The position numbers were made by a program, and so were the translations under genes. A DNA stretch of 63,121 nt, the filler included, from Saprolegnia diclina VS20 (taxonomy: Eukaryota), in the NCBI RefSeq assembly GCF_000281045.1. It is 4 parts of 3 records of this genome, joined end to end, with 100 filler letters (N's around TTAATTAATTAA, not from the genome) between each part and the next. Parts side by side here need not be neighbours in the genome. Positions count along the whole stretch, not along the records: positions 35,814 to 60,996 come from NW_008246107.1; positions 61,097 to 63,121 come from NW_008246108.1; 2 more parts are not named here. One strand, 5' to 3'. Below are positions 60,275 through 63,121 of this stretch, piece after piece (position 1 is the stretch's first letter; each line of letters opens with the position of its first letter). The notes below the pieces were generated by a model, which saw nothing but the letters and a program-made list of their open reading frames with translations, was not told where the DNA came from and did no database searches.

Positions 60275-61040
60275 GATGCGCGCATTCGTTTGCTCTATTT
60301 AACCCTCACCGTCTTGCTATTACCACCCGATCCTCCTCCTCCTATCTATGTAAATGCGACGATAAGTCGCCAAATTAAACTTGTACGTTCTTCTTTATAA
60401 CTATACGATGCCAAGAACGAAGTCGCGGCTGCGAATGTACCGGTACGCCGGCGTGAACCAGACTCCACAATGTTGAAGCGCACGTTGAAGCTACGTTGGG
60501 CAACTTCAAGATACCATATTGGCCAGTGAAATGCAAGGCAGCTACTTTGTGATGTTGGCGACAGTGTGCTTTTGGTATTCAGTGAAAAAATTGAGAGCAA
60601 AGCTGTCGGGCGTTGGACACGTTATCTGTTATTTTACTCAACTTGACGGGGATCTGGTCAGCGAGAGTACGGTACAATGTAGGTGTAGTTCGAGAAGGCG
60701 CTCGAGGTCAGCCTCGTCGCCGGTCGTGGGTGGAAACGTTGTGCTGATACGGTCGCCAGCAAATCACGCAAGCGTCGCGGTTGGGCGCAAGCACTGAACA
60801 GCGTCGGGCACTCTTCTCAAGCGACGAAAAAGATGCTTGGGCCAAGGTACTGTATCCTGATATAGTGTGCAAGCACGAGGATGGGCAGGCGTCACGCTTG
60901 AATCCCAGTTGTTGTTAATTTGAATATTGAATTTAAATTATGGGCTATCACCCAAGAGTTGGTGCGTCCCTTGCGTGTTTGCTGCGTCTTTGATATNNNN
61001 NNNNNNNNNNNNNNNNNNNNNNNNNNNNNNNNNNNNNNNN

Positions 61041-61052
61041 TTAATTAATTAA
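61041..61052. other. Artificial contig-joining linker TTAATTAATTAA
   Basis: Same 12-mer flanked by N runs. Confidence 0.95.
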
Positions 61053-61421
61053 NNNNNNNNNNNNNNNNNNNNNNNNNNNNNNNNNNNNNNNNNNNNGGCA
61101 CCAGAAACCTCCCATCCCACGAATTTGTCACGCCTCCAATTTAACATGGGCGTACGTGGGCATGGCATCCAAGCGCAACGGTCAACTAATACTGGTAGGA
61201 ACCTCCTGGTTACCCAGCCAGCCCACCAGGGATTATTTGCCTGTTTGTTTGTTTGTCTGTCCCAATTTGGATTGGTTAAAATGTTGTTGCTTGCGTAAAA
61301 TGATTGGACAGCTCGCAACAATTCATTGATGCGTTTTGACAGGCCGGCGCCATGATGTGCATTGACCGGCCGCTCTTGCTACTAAGCGCCATGCAGCCAT
61401 GTAGCTAGACATTTAAGCAAC

Positions 61422-62990
61422 ATGCGAGAATCGAATGAGCGCAAGCGCAAGGCGCGCGCCGACGAGAAGGCCACCGAGACGCACGAAGAGAAAGCAGCTC
61501 GGCTGGAAAAGCAGCGCCTTAGCAAAACCACTGCGCGCGCCGTCGAGAAGGCCACCGAGACGCACGGAGAAATGGCCGTGCGGCTTGAAGATCGCAGCGT
61601 CGCAAAACTTTACCAAGCACCCAAAACTAGCGATCGCAGCCTTTCATTTCTGCTCGGGCAACCCGACGCTCATGTGTGCCACGACGAGTCACTTAACGGC
61701 CCCGGTGGTCACGCAGTTTGCGAGCGCATCTTGCGAGCTGTTGGGGATACAGTCGGTCAGGCAGACGCTGCACGCTGTCAGGAGACGCCAGCGAGATGCC
61801 GGATCCGGGCGCATCGCTGCATGTGCCTCGTGCAACGAGGCACTCTCGTTGCACGCACCACGCAACCGGCCACTGCATATGACCGGATCGCATCGGTTCC
61901 AAGTCTCGAATACTCGGCTGTCCTCGCCCAAGTGTCTGCCGTCAACAAGACAGTCAATGCGTACCTTGATGCATTCTGCGACATTGTGTGCCCAGACGAC
62001 ACCATCGACAACGACGAGGTTTGCGATGGGCCGGATGTCGCCGACGACGACGACGAAATCATCAACGCGCTTGAGGCTGTCGCTGGGCTAGTGACCGAGC
62101 GCGCGTCTGATGACGACCAATACAGGCATGTCAATACAAGCGACGATCAAGTCGATGTCCTCCGGTCGCCGCACATTGGTAGCACGGACGTTGATAACCA
62201 AGCTCCAGGCAGCACTAGCGACCCGTTGGTGGCTGTCGTCACGAGCGACGACGATCCAATTTGCGAGTGATGATTAAACGACGCGCTCATGGCATGTGTT
62301 TTCCCCCATTTGTTTATGCTCGGCAAAGGTATGGCACAATGCATCCAACAACAATGCGTTCATGCTGCTCTATACTATAGGAGCTCCAAAAGGAAGCATG
62401 AATCCAGCGCTACTGCGTCACTTCTTCCGCTTTTACGACGGCCGCTTCGATAATCCTCTCTTCATTGCCACGGCGTTCAACCAGCTGCAACGACACGCCT
62501 GCGTGCGCCAGACGGCGCGCATTGGTGCAACTTTCACGAAGCAGCTGGAGTAACTCGGCAAGCTTGCGAACTCGCCCAAATTTCGACAACAACTCATTTG
62601 GGACAACCCGCACAGCTCACAGGCAAAGAAGATCAACGCACGGGTGTCGCGCATTTTGAGCATGGTGGGCTCCGCCGTGCCTTTCAGTCCCTTCGAGCGG
62701 TCCGCAACTCGGTCAAAGATTGCGGCTCTACGGCTGCGATTCGATCTTGCGAGCTACTTTCTCACGGGGGCACCGCCCGAGTTCGAGGCTTTGGATGTGA
62801 TTCGCCACGCCCTCATCCAGAATTGGAACGCTGCTGCATGCCCATTGTCATCATCTGGCTTCGAGCGGTTCCGAGCACCTCGTACGACGATGGACGTGAC
62901 CGACGACGACGTGATGGCCAAAGTCGCCGACAACATGGCATAATCCATATGATTTCATCGTTCCTACCAGCCCACTCCCCCGGACCCTAG
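61422..62990 (+). mobile_element. Degenerate Helitron/Helentron Rep-helicase remnant (pseudogenised)
   Basis: PICE**LNDALMACVFPHLFMLGKG, LLRHFFRFYDGRFDNPLFIATAFNQLQRH and VGSAVPFSPFERSATRSKIAALRLRFDLASYFLTGAPPE match the Helitron_like_N motifs FP.LF..G.G, DGRF and F.T..P. Interrupted by stops and frameshifts. Confidence 0.7.
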
Positions 62991-63121
62991 TTTATCCAGT
63001 CATGAAATCAGATGAGACGCTTGCGCTGCTTCGGTACGCCTGGTAACAGTAGTACAGCCGTGGTATCGAGTACCCTCAGTCACTGTCTCTGCAACGAGAT
63101 TAGATGAGCTCTCCCATCAAC

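Noticed and set aside
23019..61052. Repeated TTAATTAATTAA palindrome as a biological element
   Set aside because: It is always embedded between N runs and gives stops in six frames, so it is an assembly linker. Gene neighbourhoods across these points may not be real.

Overview
This is eukaryotic genomic DNA, almost certainly from an oomycete and probably Saprolegniales. That is inferred from GC-rich exons, many 40-55 nt GTAC..YAG introns and the gene families present. The assembly is a draft with N-gaps, and three TTAATTAATTAA six-frame-stop linkers suggest joined contigs. About 24 protein genes can be supported. They include two tandem hot-dog thioesterases, a divergent Rab, two F-box-like proteins, a TAZ finger protein, a heat-shock factor, a CSRNP-like protein and a FLASH/CASP8AP2-N-like protein head-to-head with a TFIIA-gamma-like protein. 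Also present are a HET/TIR-like-TPR-ZZ protein, an alpha/beta hydrolase, a bacterial-type AT3-SGNH O-acetyltransferase, ZW10, a VOC/glyoxalase, a BK/Slo K+ channel, and NO VEIN-like (sacsin GHKL + DUF3883) head-to-head with FANCD2-like. There is one tRNA-Arg(CCG) and Helitron debris. The most striking structure is invisible in the ORF track: a 5.1 kb gene of about 36 ankyrin repeats, each on its own 93-102 nt phase-0 exon, forming a fully modular cassette array. Also notable are a recurrent palindromic TATCCGGATA motif just upstream of several genes and a long intron with four consecutive hairpins. Family calls come from recognised motifs, not database searches, and exon boundaries were placed by eye.
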